A DNA stretch of 64,000 nt from Diadema antillarum (lineage: Eukaryota). This document shows positions 26,101-37,807 of this stretch, in pieces. The notes beneath the pieces are model-generated. The model had not been told where the DNA came from and searched no databases. It was given only the letters and a program-made list of their open reading frames with translations. Position numbers and translations under genes: made by a program. Location: the NCBI RefSeq assembly GCF_040938485.1, contig NW_027270906.1, forward strand, positions 992,001-1,056,000, read 5' to 3'. Within the stretch, counting starts at the first letter, position 1, and the number at the start of each line of letters is the position of its first letter.

Positions 26101-26687
26101 AATATCCTTTGTCAAATGTTTTGCAAATGACTTTTGCTATTTATATAGATGCAAAAAAAAAAAAAATCAACATCACCAAAACCTTCCTTTCTTTGATACT
26201 ATAGGTGCATGGTACAGCAGTCAAAATAAGCGACAACAAACTTCAGCAAACAAGAATAAAACTAAGCAGGCACACTAATTATAAAACATGTTTAACACAA
26301 TACCTGTACATGTGTAAGTGAGAATGTCTCTTTATTCAAAACATTGCCTATAATTTGTTAAATGGTGACAGGAATATTTTGCAATAAGACTACATTTCAT
26401 GGAAAGATAACACCAGTCATTCACAAAGTGATTACAACTAGCATCCTTCTATCATATAGGAGTTTAAAACATAAACAAAAACAAAAACAAAAACAAACTT
26501 AATCATCCCGAAAAGCAAACAAGATACATTGTATTACAAAGATTTTACAAGTGATTGAATAATGGCAACTTACCTTTTTACTCAGAAAAGACAAAATCCT
26601 GTGATACAGATCTGCAGGATATGTGGGTCTAAATTTCACGTAAGAGTCCACATGAGAAACTTTCTCAAACAACCTGATGTTTGCCAT
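20133..26687 (-). CDS. Class I SAM-dependent methyltransferase (Methyltransf_11; Crg1/DDB_G0268948-like), paralog B, 6 coding exons, 277 aa
   Basis: Exons 26687-26574, 25765-25605, 24969-24753, 23448-23351, 21925-21791 and 20241-20133 (114/161/217/98/135/109 nt). Protein: MANIRLFEKVSHVDSYVKFRPTYP...MAVDVGCGSGQST...GFDISKAQI...VDLVTCAQAVHW...GSYWNERRRHI...GYLRSWSAY...IFLLLGRKPDDTA*. Internal exon sizes and phases are identical to paralog A. Confidence 0.93.
20461..21064. mobile_element. GC-rich TIR element in the last intron of methyltransferase B
   Basis: Perfect inverted ends TTAGACCCCGTTTACAGTGC / GCACTGTAAACGGGGTCTAA, internal GTTTACACT motifs and GCGGCCGAGCC repeats. Confidence 0.75.
22293..22532. 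mobile_element. TA-flanked MITE (CTGTA...TACAG family)
   Basis: TA|CTGTATACGCC ... GGCGTATACAG|TA with internal TCGCGA motifs. Related copies at about 25250-25462, 48445-48612, 57190-57386 and 60033-60090. Confidence 0.75.
23691..23775. mobile_element. Degenerate copy of the 85-bp piggyBac-type MITE
   Basis: TTAA|CCCATTGAAGACGAGTCC...GCAAAATCAGTCCGTCCTCAA aligns with 29143-29227. Confidence 0.7.
23930..24497. mobile_element. Kolobok-like MITE (family 2) with about 110-bp TIRs
   Basis: TTAA|AGGACAAGTTCACCTTC ... GAAGGTGAACTTGTCCT|TTAA, in intron 3 of methyltransferase B. Confidence 0.85.
24528..24664. mobile_element. PIF/Harbinger-like MITE (CWG-flanked)
   Basis: CAG|GGGACCGTTTCA ... TGAAACGCCCCC|CTG. 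The body is the reverse complement of the 27470 copy. Confidence 0.62.
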
Positions 26688-27236
26688 CCTTAGCTGGTGT
26701 CAGTCGGGTTGTTTCTGTGTTTTAGATGCAAAGATGATCAAACAATGGCATTACATTTCTCAGTGAACACCAAGGGTAAGATTTCCCAAATAATGGTGTT
26801 AAATAAATGCATTACATGACTACGAATGATGGTAAAAAATCTAAATTTCTTGTGACTTTTGCATGGAAAATGTGTGCTCACTCACTACAGGGACTTGCTA
26901 TATGTATAGACAGCTTAGCATGCAGCAAAAAGTAGACTTGCTGAAATCACCAAAGCACCTTGTTCAGGAAGAGAAGTGAGACATACAGTTTAACATTAAT
27001 TGTTGTAGAGTTTGTGTCGTCGATCCGTGCCGACAGTTAACAGACCCATACACTACCTGTTTGGATGACTCAATAGAGTGAAATAATCTGGTGAACTTGG
27101 CATTTCATCGTTAGTCATCTATTCTGCCATGGTTGTCCTGCTCACTTACATTTCAGCAACAGGGGGCGCTAGACCACAGTGGTCTTCTTACCTTCTGAGC
27201 CTAAGAGGGCACCTTGGTGAGTTCCAAGTAGGCCTA

Positions 27237-27432
27237 GTTTGCAGGCACAAACCCTTGTTGGTCATAAAGGAGTCTGCACCACGACTACGACATGCACCAC
27301 TGTCACTGTCCCATAGGCCCTGTACTGTAGCTTCTTGTTTGGAGAGGTGGCAGTCTGTGCCAGTGCCAATGGTGCATGTAGTCATCTTGGCGCAGACCCC
27401 TTTACGACCAACAAGGGTTTGTGCCTGCAAAC
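27237..27432. mobile_element. TA-flanked hairpin MITE
   Basis: TA|GTTTGCAGGCACAAACCCTTGTTGGTC ... GACCAACAAGGGTTTGTGCCTGCAAAC|TA. Confidence 0.75.
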
Positions 27433-27469
27433 TAAGTTCCCAGTGCCTTCTTTAGTCCTCCTCCTCCTG

Positions 27470-27619
27470 GGTCCCGTTTCATAAAACGTGTTAGCAGTGA
27501 CAACTGCCACATTTCTATGACAAATTTGCTCTTAGCCAATCAGATGCAAGGATTTCAGTAGCTTATAACAACTATGAGAACTTATCACTGATATTAAACA
27601 AGTTTTATGAAACGAGGCC
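27470..27619. mobile_element. PIF/Harbinger-like MITE with CTG target duplication
   Basis: CTG|GGTCCCGTTTCATAAAAC ... GTTTTATGAAACGAGGCC|CTG. The body is related to 24528-24664. Confidence 0.72.
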
Positions 27620-28409
27620 CTGAGCAAAGTACCAAGGCTAGTTTAAACTAGATGTCTTCCCGCTTTGTTGTCCTCAACAAGGCACCTATAAATATATGAG
27701 TCTCGTGTCCTTTCTCAATTTCCTACTTAAAAAAAAACAACAAAAAACATTTTATCATAACTACCATTATTTTGTTTTAATCCAGGGCATCTAGATGCAA
27801 GTTTCTGAAGTCATTTTTTGCTTTCTCATTCTTCACATAATGCTCACAAGTTTCAACAAACTGCCTGTTTGGCACACATGTAAGCATCAATTAACAGCTT
27901 CTTTCAGTGAACATTCGCTACAAATATCGTTTCAGCAAAATCAAGCTGAAAGTGACACAGAAGTCAGAAACTGAACAAGAAATGTATGAATAAAGAAGTT
28001 CTTCCTCAAATGTGCATGAAGCATTATATACAAATCACTTAACATTAGAGTGGAAGGTAATCTGTCTTTGCAATGACAATGTACATGTAATAAGATGTAT
28101 CTTTTCTAACTATACACAGCCCAGTCACTGTATAAATAGTGACAGGCTCCTCACGGCGTCTGGTCGGGCTATATCTTTTCACACCACAGCTACTGCAAAC
28201 AAAACATGGCCAGCAAAGTTTGACATATAAATGTCTAGTCTTGATAGTATGGTATTACCGGACAGCATGGTAATTCCGAACGCGCACATTTCTGCATACT
28301 AATGACATTCAATATGTGTCGGGCTTTGTAGACTAGCCTCGCAGAGCATTGTATGGGCCAAAATCGCAAAAAAAAAGAAGAATGTAAAAACGCTAAGAAA
28401 TTCACATTT

Positions 28410-29714
28410 GGGTAATTCCATAAAATAGGGACCCATTTTGTGACATGCCTATTTTGCCAATTAAATCAGAAAATCAGATTTTTGTTCAACATAACTTTAA
28501 AAAAACATTCATATTGAGTAAGTCCCTTGAAAACTGACTGAAAATTAACATTCTAAACTGAAATTGAAGGAAGTCAGCATACCAAATTGCAGTGTATGGG
28601 GAAAAACTGGTTCACCATGTAAAGGGGACACCATTGGTGTCCTCCTTACACGGTGAACCATCCATTTTGGCATCTTACCACATACCTTTCAAACTAGTTC
28701 TATGTTTGTTTCAATAGAAGTGATTATTTTGAAGTAAGAAATTAACTATACGGTACTATTGAAAAAATGACACAACCCCTATTTCTGGCCAGGAAAAAGA
28801 TTCTTCAATATTTCTTGTGTAAGGGGACACCAAATATTATTTTTGCATTACTTTTTTTCAAATTAATAGAGTGGTCAATTTTTGATACCTGTTACAAAGA
28901 AAACACAGCTACATTGTAAAATATGCCAATGAGGAGCAATTATTGCTGTGACAAGACACAAAAAATTAGCTATCACTGTGCCCCGACGTAATATTTAGGG
29001 GGACACCAAGGCCACGTGTATGAAAATTATAATTTGGTCTTTTTTTCAAATTTATTTATTTTACCCCAATTTTCTCTTGAAATCTTTTGAACTATGTGAT
29101 TGCTACCAAAATAACAACAAACAGTTCAACACTGGTCCTTAACCCGTTGAGGACGAGTCCCGAGTATACTCGGGCAGGTGTCTATGGGAAATGCGTGTTG
29201 TAGCAAAATCAGTCCGTCCTCAACGGGTTAATATGGATTCCACACTCATAAATTAAGGTTTCTCGTGTAAGCAATTATGGGGACACCAAAACTTACATGT
29301 GAAACATCTTTCTTGGGATTTACGTGCGCAAATGTGTATCAACTGATGCATGAATTATATTTATAGTGTTCAAAATTTGCTTGTCTTTTATCATTCTTGA
29401 CCCCTAAAAATAGAGTTTAATCCACAAACAAGCTGTAAATCTGTCTAACTGGTGTTACAGTAAAATTTCACACAATTTTGCCCAAAAACGTTGTGATTTT
29501 GCACTTTTTGTCAAAATTTATGTGGAACTTTGAAGAAGCAATTTCTATATTTTACTTTGAAAAGGAAGATACATTGTACTTACCTGAATAAGAGTATTCC
29601 GAAGTAAAATTAATTTAGGGTATGTAATTTTTAGGCAATGACAATATGAAACAAATAGAAGGGGGCAACGCGCATTTAACTATTGTAATGAGACCCTTTT
29701 TAATGGAATTACCC
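28410..29714. mobile_element. Sola-like non-autonomous DNA element
   Basis: ATTT|GGGTAATTCCAT ... ATGGAATTACCC|ATTT: a 4-bp AWWT duplication with GRG termini. Internal GGGGACACC repeats. Confidence 0.6.
29143..29227. mobile_element. 85-bp piggyBac-type MITE nested in the Sola-like element
   Basis: TTAA|CCCGTTGAGGACG ... CGTCCTCAACGGG|TTAA. Confidence 0.85.
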
Positions 29715-30260
29715 ATTTCACCTCAGATTTAGAAGATGTTGATTTATCACAAGATTTTATCACATGAAATATGCTAAATGTTCATGTTAGACATTTCACC
29801 ATGAAATACAAAATTTGAGCTGGATTTGCTAATGTTCTCTTTGTTGTCCACGCGGTAAGAATTCTGTGTACATGCTGTGTACAGTGAACCGTGGGTATGA
29901 CTTGTGATTCTGGTGCAAGAACAAGATGCAAAAGACGTTGATTATTCCACTACAAAAATCATGTCTGCAATTAAATTACAATATAATTTGAAGTCTATTT
30001 CTTGCCAAAAATCATAGTGAATAATTTTCATAATTTTGCTGAATTCATAATTTTCAGGACTTTACCCAACTATACACAGCCCAGTCGCTGTATAAATATT
30101 GGCACGGCGTCTGGTCGGGCTAGACTTTACCATAACTGTTGCTATTTTGGCCAAAATTTCATCCTCTGAATACAGAATTAAGAGCCTCAAAAACAAAAAC
30201 ACAAAAGTGTCTGGTGATACCATCCACTCTCCTATAAATGTAAATAACCAATGCAATGTA

Positions 30261-30683
30261 CAGTTGAACCTCTCGTATCCGGACAAGTCGGGACCGGGGC
30301 TCATCCGGATAAGGGATTTGGCCGGATACGGGAGACTCAATGCTTTATACGTGTACATTACATACACATGTACTGATGTAGCCCATTGTAGTACCACATG
30401 TATAGTAATGTGTACATACTGCAACCTTTTCATTGTTACATTTGGGGATGTTTGGGGATGTTAGAATGTCTGAAGGTAAGCAATATGGAAGGAAATTTGA
30501 TGTAATGTATGTTAATCATGTTCGAAGTAATATGTAATTCATGTGTGTTTGTGTAGGAGTTCTCAAGGAGTTGGGAATCCCCCTTTCCTCCCGTAATTAT
30601 TATTTAAAAAAATCACTGCGAGATTGCGTCCGTATAATAGAGAGATCCGGATAAAGGGAGGCCGGATAAGAGAGGTTCAACTG
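30261..30683. mobile_element. Tigger/pogo-like MITE
   Basis: TA|CAGTTGAACCTCTCGTATCCGG ... CCGGATAAGAGAGGTTCAACTG|TA. Confidence 0.82.
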
Positions 30684-30771
30684 TACAACATTTACAGTAT
30701 TATCGTACATCACTACACTGTCCACATGACAAACAATGATCAGCATGCAACTAGGCAGGGAGGTCATTTAG

Positions 30772-30802
<31 letters not shown>

Positions 30803-31185
30803 AACCCTCTCCCAGCTCAGGGAGCTTATTGAATTTCACCAGACTCATCTATAGTAGTAGTAGGGTCAAATTTTAGACTAGACTTCCTTCAAAACTAAAA
30901 CTTTAAAAGTCAGATCTTGCTCTTGGATATCTAGATTCTAGTTCTAGACCATCGAAAAAACTAACTCGTAATCAATAGTACAGTGCCTGGGACTACATAT
31001 TTACATTAAGACGGATGAGATATCGCCAGTAAGGCCCGGTTTTTTATTTATTTCACAGCCTCTATCTTACGAAATGGCGAAACAGGCGACCAAGAAGACA
31101 GACTACTTTGCAAACATTCATCCAGTTGTATAGTGTCGGCTGCTAGAAACAATGAGAGCAATGCGTCCAATTAGTAACCGCTCAC

Positions 31186-31350
31186 CTTACTCTCCAGTCT
31201 TTGTTTATCCAGGTAGGCCGTGTGTGTACGTGTACAGTAGTGTCCCTAGTATTTCGTTGAAAGTCGCACGGCAGCATTCGTAAACTGTAGTCCAGTGCAA
31301 AGAATACAGAATTGCGAAAGCAAGCGGCTCAATGGGGTGTGTGCGTACTA
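31186..31350 (-). promoter_or_regulatory. Putative non-coding first exon and promoter of methyltransferase B
   Basis: Minus-strand donor AAG|GTGAGC at 31186 in a CpG-enriched patch, with a matching acceptor CACAG| at 26714 just upstream of the ATG. Confidence 0.35.
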
Positions 31351-33364
31351 GTATGCCATTGCCATCAGCTGTTCCTGTTTGCTGGACCTACAACGCATAT
31401 CAGTTGAATGCTCTCATCAGTCTGTCAGCTTTTTATTAACAGCGCCCTCTTTATGGTGTATAGTAGCGGTGAAAGTAAGAGAATATAAAAGAGATTTTTC
31501 TCCTCAATTAAGCATAAGGGTGGAGGTTTCTTATTATTTGTCTCCCTCTCCAAAATGTTTGTTAAAGTAATCAGCAGTTGCAATCTTACAAATTTTATTT
31601 GCAGAGGGAGACAGAATGTATGTTTATACATTGTATTGAAGATCCATGTGATATGATCTGAGCTTACCCTTAGATTCTAGTTGGATATATCTAGTGTATG
31701 TTAAAAACGCTTGTATAAATGCCTGCTTTGATGATGGCAAAGCTATAAAAGCAGGATTAGCACGCGTAAACTTTCCCTTCGAAGATAAAAACAAACAAAC
31801 ACAACAAAACACCAACAACCGACGGGTTAGATATATTATTTTATGTTCATTGTTGTTTGAGAAATGTTTAGATGGGAGTGTAAACTTTATCAAAATGTTA
31901 TTTCTTGATTGGGGCTGAACAGTTTTTGTCATCATAATGCTGAGCTGAATTTATTATCAAAGATCGGAGTATGGAACAATGATTCAGAAAATAAGACACA
32001 TCGGGGGAAAAACTAGTGGCCACGTCAGTATCACGTATAGTAGAGACTCCAACTCTCCCGCTTCCGATCTGCCGCCGATAGCCCATTTTCGCAAAATCTC
32101 ACGTTCTACAGCTTGAGATTTATTCCTTTTTTTCCCGTCCCGGCTGTGTGTCTCCCGCTTAATATGTATTTTCTCCCGCTTGAAATGATCTCTCTCCCGC
32201 CCAAGCACTTTTTAAACCTGGAATTGAACTTTCATATACCCAATGTAAGAATGAAAATAGCATCTACGTTATGCTATCATTGATATATGAAATGAAGTTT
32301 TCTCGGCCGCAAGGGACTTAGCGCTTCACGCTCCTGATGTGCGCTGTGCGCACGTCAAGTTGGAGTCTCCAGTTTGCTGAGGGTTTTAGGTGGGACAATC
32401 TCCAGATCACAAGGGCCTTTGGGTTGGAGTCTTTGGTATGTAGGCATATATAAAATCGAATGGGATCACCCCGAAGGCGATTTTATTGTGGCAAACAGCG
32501 AGATTAGCGCGAAGTTTTCTAGTTGACTATCTATGTTAAATGTCGGTGAACATTTTTAACAGCGGCTACCTTCAATTCAACAACCATATCAAGTCAAGAC
32601 AGATAAAGGAGAGAGGGAAAGGAGAGAGAGTTAGAGACGTGTAAAAGGCATACAGATGAAAATGCGGACCTCCCCCCCCCCCCCAGTAACCACGGGATAC
32701 TATAGCACGGAAGTGAACCTGCAGTAAGAAAAGAGATATTAGATCTATACTCGTACCGTAATAGAGGTGACTATGAAGTCAACAGATATAGATGATTATA
32801 AAATCTTAAGCTATATAATATTATTTATCTTCATGCAACTGTCATTCAATGCCTTGAACAGTTTAAAAAAGATTTCAGCGGTATATGATATAAAACAAAA
32901 GTGTATGTCTGCTGTTGATTTTTCTTTTGTGTTATCGTTGAATAATGATCACAATTCTTAATGGAATGATAACAACGACGTATTGATTATTGAAATCAAG
33001 GGTATGGCCTATACTGCTTTAAAACAGTTGACCTGATATGATTACATTGACAAAATAGCTTACTGTAACCCTTTAATGTTCACCATGGGAATATTGTAAA
33101 ATTGCCGCTTTAAACGGGAAGATGTGGATGGAACCTTTGGAAATTCATTGGTGTGTTGATTATTGTAACTTCCCTTTGTGGACGACCCACAAATGTGTGT
33201 GCGTGTGGGGGAGGGGTAGGGGGAGCTGCAGCCCCCTCCCCCTATGTATTATACAAAGGCCTTGAGAGTTTTGCTTTGAGGCACAGTAAGTCTGTTTTAA
33301 ATATTCTTGATCTTGATCAAAAATGTAATACAAAAGAAGGGGGAAATGTGAGGCGAGAATACAT

Positions 33365-34550
33365 GCGGTGACCGTTGATGCAATGTTGTGGAAAGATGGC
33401 GCGATGTCAGAATTGTTTTGTGATGTCATAATTAACATTGATACATTTCGCAGTGACGAAGCAGTGGAAGATGCCAAAACTGCTTTGTGATGTCACAATT
33501 ACTTTGTTACAAAGTGACCATACGAAGCAGCGCGATGTGAGAATTGCTTTGTGATGTCATAATTGCTGTCAGAAATTGTTACATTTCACAGTGCCGAAGC
33601 AGTTCAAGATGTTAGAACCGCTTTGTGATGTCACAATTAGTTTGAAGCTCCTTGATTTCACAAAGTGACCGTATGAAGCAGTGCGCGATGTTAGAATTGC
33701 TTTGTGATGTCATACTAAGTAATTGCTTTATCAGAAATTGTTACATTTCCCAGTGACAAAGCAGCGCAAGATGTCAGAACCACTTTGTGATGTCACAATT
33801 ACTTTGTTTCATTTCTCAAAGTGACCGCATGAAGCAGCGCATGATGTTAGAATTGTTTTGTGATGTCACAATTGCTTTGTCAGTAATTGTTACATTTCAC
33901 AGTGACGAAGCAGTGCAAGATGTCAGAACTGCTTTGTGATGTCACAATTACTTTATTACATTTCACAAAGTGACCATACGAAGGCTAGCATGCGATGTCA
34001 GAATTGCTTTGTGATGTCACAATTGCTTTGTTAGAATTTTTACATTACATTGACGAAGCAGTGCAAGGTGTCAGACCTGCTTTGTGATGTCACAATTACT
34101 AGTACTTTGTTATATTTCACAAAAAAGTGACCGTAAGAAGCAGCACGTGATGTTAGAATCGCTTTGTGATATCATTTCAAAAATAATATACCATGGAGCG
34201 TCAGAGAAGCCAACATTTGTATGCAAAAGATCATGTGAAGCTCTTTCAGCCAATCACTAGCGGATTAACTTTTTATCAAAAAATATAATTTCGACTAATA
34301 GTTGACTAATGTCAGCATGTCTGACACTCCATTATATTTGTGAAATGATGTTACAAAGCAGTTATGACATCACAAAGGAATTGTGACGTCGCACACTGTT
34401 TTCTACTGTCACTTTTTGAAATATCGCAAAGTTTGTGATATCGCGCGCTGCCTCCTATGGTCACTTTCTGAAATGTAACAAAATAATTTTGACCCGATCG
34501 CGCCCTGTTTCGTACGGTCAATGTAAAGGATCCCTCCACAACATCGCATC
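33365..34550. repeat. Foldback-type element whose arms consist of an alternating two-subunit minisatellite
   Basis: Eleven GATGTYAGAA...TTTGTGATGTCA units at 33403-34173, inverted units at about 34360-34490, and inverted-homologous outer flanks. Confidence 0.72.
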
Positions 34551-34650
34551 GTCTATATGACGTCTCTCATTTCCTCCTTCTAGCTTTTGTTAAAAAAAAA
34601 TTATCCAAACTATAGAACAAAATAATACTCTGCCTGATTTTGAGTTTCTG

Positions 34651-34796
34651 GGCCCCATTTCATAAAAAGTTGGTATGACAGCAACTCTTGCTTGAATGGC
34701 ATTTGTCATAGTAACTACAAGAATCCAGCTGTTGCTATTGGAAGTTGTCATTCCAACAAGAGTTGCCATCCAAACATCTTTTATGAAAATGGGGCC
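34651..34796. mobile_element. PIF/Harbinger-like MITE with CTG target duplication
   Basis: CTG|GGCCCCATTTCATAAAA ... TTTTATGAAAATGGGGCC|CTG. Confidence 0.75.
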
Positions 34797-35539
34797 CTGG
34801 TTAAAATCATGGCCCTGGTACCTCTATGAGTAGGCCTACCATTCACGTCTGGGCTGTGCCACTCAGTGAATAGTAATATTTTGGAATTACCTCTGCCCAT
34901 AATTCTCACCAGAAACTCTGAAGGCAAAGTGTATTTTTTGTAACTCGAATTTCCGACATGCATATTAGGGCCTATCGCTGCATATCTAGGCCCACACCCT
35001 TAAACTAGGCTTCTTTTCCAGTGACAATAGTCGAGCATCAGGATCAGTCCTTTATAGAAATTACTCTTTCGCGCAGTCACATTCACAGCACCTGAAATTT
35101 TCAGTCACAATATTGGAGAACACTGGATTCGAATGAGGTACATTCATCTAGATTCAGGTTTTGGGAGGAGATATACGAAATAACAACCAGAGCAGTTTTT
35201 CCCCCTTTTTTCTTAGTCGCTAAATACACCGTAATCTTCAGGCATCTGTTGTGGCTTTCTTCATTTTTGACAAAAAGAATTTTGTGTTTCCAGATTGTTA
35301 ATATTATTTCTCAAGATGGATTAACAATTAAGAAAGATATATGGCTACAGCAAGCCCGAGGCTCTCAATGGAAAGTATGCAGGTATTTTACAGTATATGT
35401 ATGATTCATCTATTATCGAATAGTATTGCAAATGCCTTACAATCTTATAAGTGTATCCATAATGATACCTTTCCTTTATTTCTGATTTTCCTCAATCGTC
35501 AGACCGTTCAATTTGACAATCTGGTACGTACTTCCGTAT

Positions 35540-36284
35540 TTAAGGAAGACCACCGGCGACTCGGTACTGTACTGGATGGACGAAGTCTTTCTGAGCCGTA
35601 CCGACCCCCACTCTTTCTAGCCACGACTCGACTCGTGCATTGTATACAGTTGCCATGACGCTAAACCTGTTGAGCGGCCATTCATTGCGCAATAGAACCG
35701 AAAGCGATGATCGATGGTAACAGACAAAAACAGCTTCAATGAAAATGAAAAAGAAGCAGTTAATGAATAATTGTTCAACAATGTTTCGGCAATGTTTCTA
35801 ATGTAATGTAATCATCACGAAGGAAAGGTGATTTCTCGGCCAAATTTGAGGGAAAGTAGAAGGGGTTGTTGAGGGTTTCGTGCAACTTCTACACAAGTTC
35901 GTCATCGCTGAGCGCGTACGCGTTCGCCATGTATAAAATACAGAGCAGCGGTAAAAATGCACAGAGTGGATACACACGTCGATACACACACGTACGTACG
36001 TCCCATCCATCCCCACACGGGAGATTACATACACACACGGTAGTAGACTAATGTACCACAGCGGTGCATGCGGTGACCAAATCGTATACTGCGGATGCGG
36101 TGACCACTCACCAACACATAACGTACACGTTACGTACGTACGTACACACAAAGTCAAGCAACACTCGCCGCAGTACACCATCCCCACATTGGTCGGAACT
36201 GATCGCCAAAAAGTAGCATCTAGTATTTCTTTTTTAACTTACAAACAGCAGCTGTTCACACATATCTCATTGATGTTTTAACAG
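35540..36284 (+). promoter_or_regulatory. Putative KIF19 promoter and non-coding first exon
   Basis: CpG-rich region with an X-box-like GTTGCCATGAC at 35649, a donor CAG|GTGAGT at 36284, and a candidate acceptor TTTCTGTCCAG at 38100 upstream of the ATG. Confidence 0.35.
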
Positions 36285-36614
36285 GTGAGTGAACGAAATT
36301 GTGATGTTAACTAGCTATCATTTCTCATTTCAATTAAAAAGGTAAATAAATGCATATGTGAGCATCAGAAACGAAATCTCTTTCGACGAGACTTCCTTCA
36401 CGGCCGCGGCGGCCAGCGCTAGCCGCAGGCTATCATCCAGAACCTAGCCGGTGGTTGCGGCCTCAGACGCCAAAATTCTCCGCCTTTTGAGCTCTTTGCC
36501 AAGCTGTATCTGTTCAGGTTCAGCCTCTCCTCACCGCAGGGTGCAAAAATGGGAGGCAAAGTGAGCACATTTATGAGCAATGGCTAGCTTTGCTTTTAAA
36601 TCTGCAGATGGTCT

Positions 36615-37572
36615 CGCGTCAAAGGTTCGCCTTTTTGCCGATGATGCAATTTCTTACATGACCATCGACAATCAACATCATACGCAAAATCTTCAAGAGG
36701 ACCTAAACAAAATTTGTGACTGGGCGAAAAAATGGATGATGGATTTGAACACAGATAAGTGTAAGGTTTTGACAATATCCAGGAAAAGAAGTAAGGTGCA
36801 ACACGTGTATCATCTAAATAACGCCCCTCTTGAATCTGTTGAATCCGTGAAGTACTTGGGTGTAACCATCACTTCTGATTTGAAGTGGACCCAACACATC
36901 AACAATACTGTCAATAAAGCCAATAACGTGCTTGCATTTCTAAAACGCAATCTTCGCATAAAATCTTCTGATGTTAAAGCCACCGCTTACAAAACGTTGG
37001 TTTGACCAATTGTTGAGTATGCTTCCACAGTTTGGGACCCATCTACCAAGAACCTAATCCACCAAGTGGAAATGGTCCAGAGAAGAGCTGCGCGATTCAC
37101 TTTAAATCGCTACCATAACACCTCGAGTGTCACCAAAATGCTACAAGAACTTAATTGGACCACTCTGGAACAGCGCAGAGAAAATGACAGGCTAATTATG
37201 ATGTACAAAATACACAATAATCTCACTCCTCTTTCAGCACAGGACTATATCATCAAACAGGCTACTCAGTTAACGAGAGCCTCGCAACCACACTCCTATC
37301 AGGTACCATATTCGAGAACTGAATCGCATCGCCATTCGTTCTTCCCAAGAACTGTAAGGAACTGGAATTCCCTGTCGTCAGAAATTGTTTCAGCGCCATC
37401 TGTGGGATCATTTCGAAACCGTCTAACGGTTGATCACAGTGGCTAGTATTTTCGTCAAATTTTCTATGTGCTTGTAAATATCTGTAAATAAATTGTATTA
37501 TAATGTAAATAGCACCAGTCTGCAAGAATCTTCAGTCTATTGAAGGAGGCAGACTTAATCAGAAGAAGAAGA
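36615..37572 (+). mobile_element. CR1-like LINE 3' fragment (RT C-terminus), 5'-truncated, one nonsense codon
   Basis: RLFADD...LQEDLNKICDWAKKW...KYLGVTI...KAYKTLV*PIVEYASTVWDP...VQRRAARF...SFFPRTVRNWNSL. TGA at 37003-37005 replaces Arg; (GAA)n tail at 37561-37572. Confidence 0.88.
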
Positions 37573-37734
37573 TTACCAGTTAACAAGTCTTGTTTGCATT
37601 CTGCTTCGTTGTCTGGATAGCATAAAAGTGGTCTGCAATAAGGACATAAGGTGTTTGGCTCATGCAGTTAAATTTACTAGTGATACTAGTACTTTAACAG
37701 TATACTCAGTCTAATTGTCTCCTGATATAGAGTC

Positions 37735-37807
37735 TAACTATACTCAGCCCAGTCGCTGTACATGGTACGTCGCGACATACATACAGCGACTGGGCTGTGT
37801 ATAGTTA
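37735..37807. mobile_element. 73-bp hairpin MITE
   Basis: 26-bp arms TAACTATACTCAGCCCAGTCGCTGTA / TACAGCGACTGGGCTGTGTATAGTTA. One arm also occurs at about 28107 and 30067. Confidence 0.7.

Noticed and set aside
33403-34173. CRISPR-like array (conserved core plus variable interspaces)
   Set aside because: The interspaces are homologous to each other in an alternating A/B pattern, the repeats are degenerate, there are no cas genes and the context is eukaryotic. It is a minisatellite.
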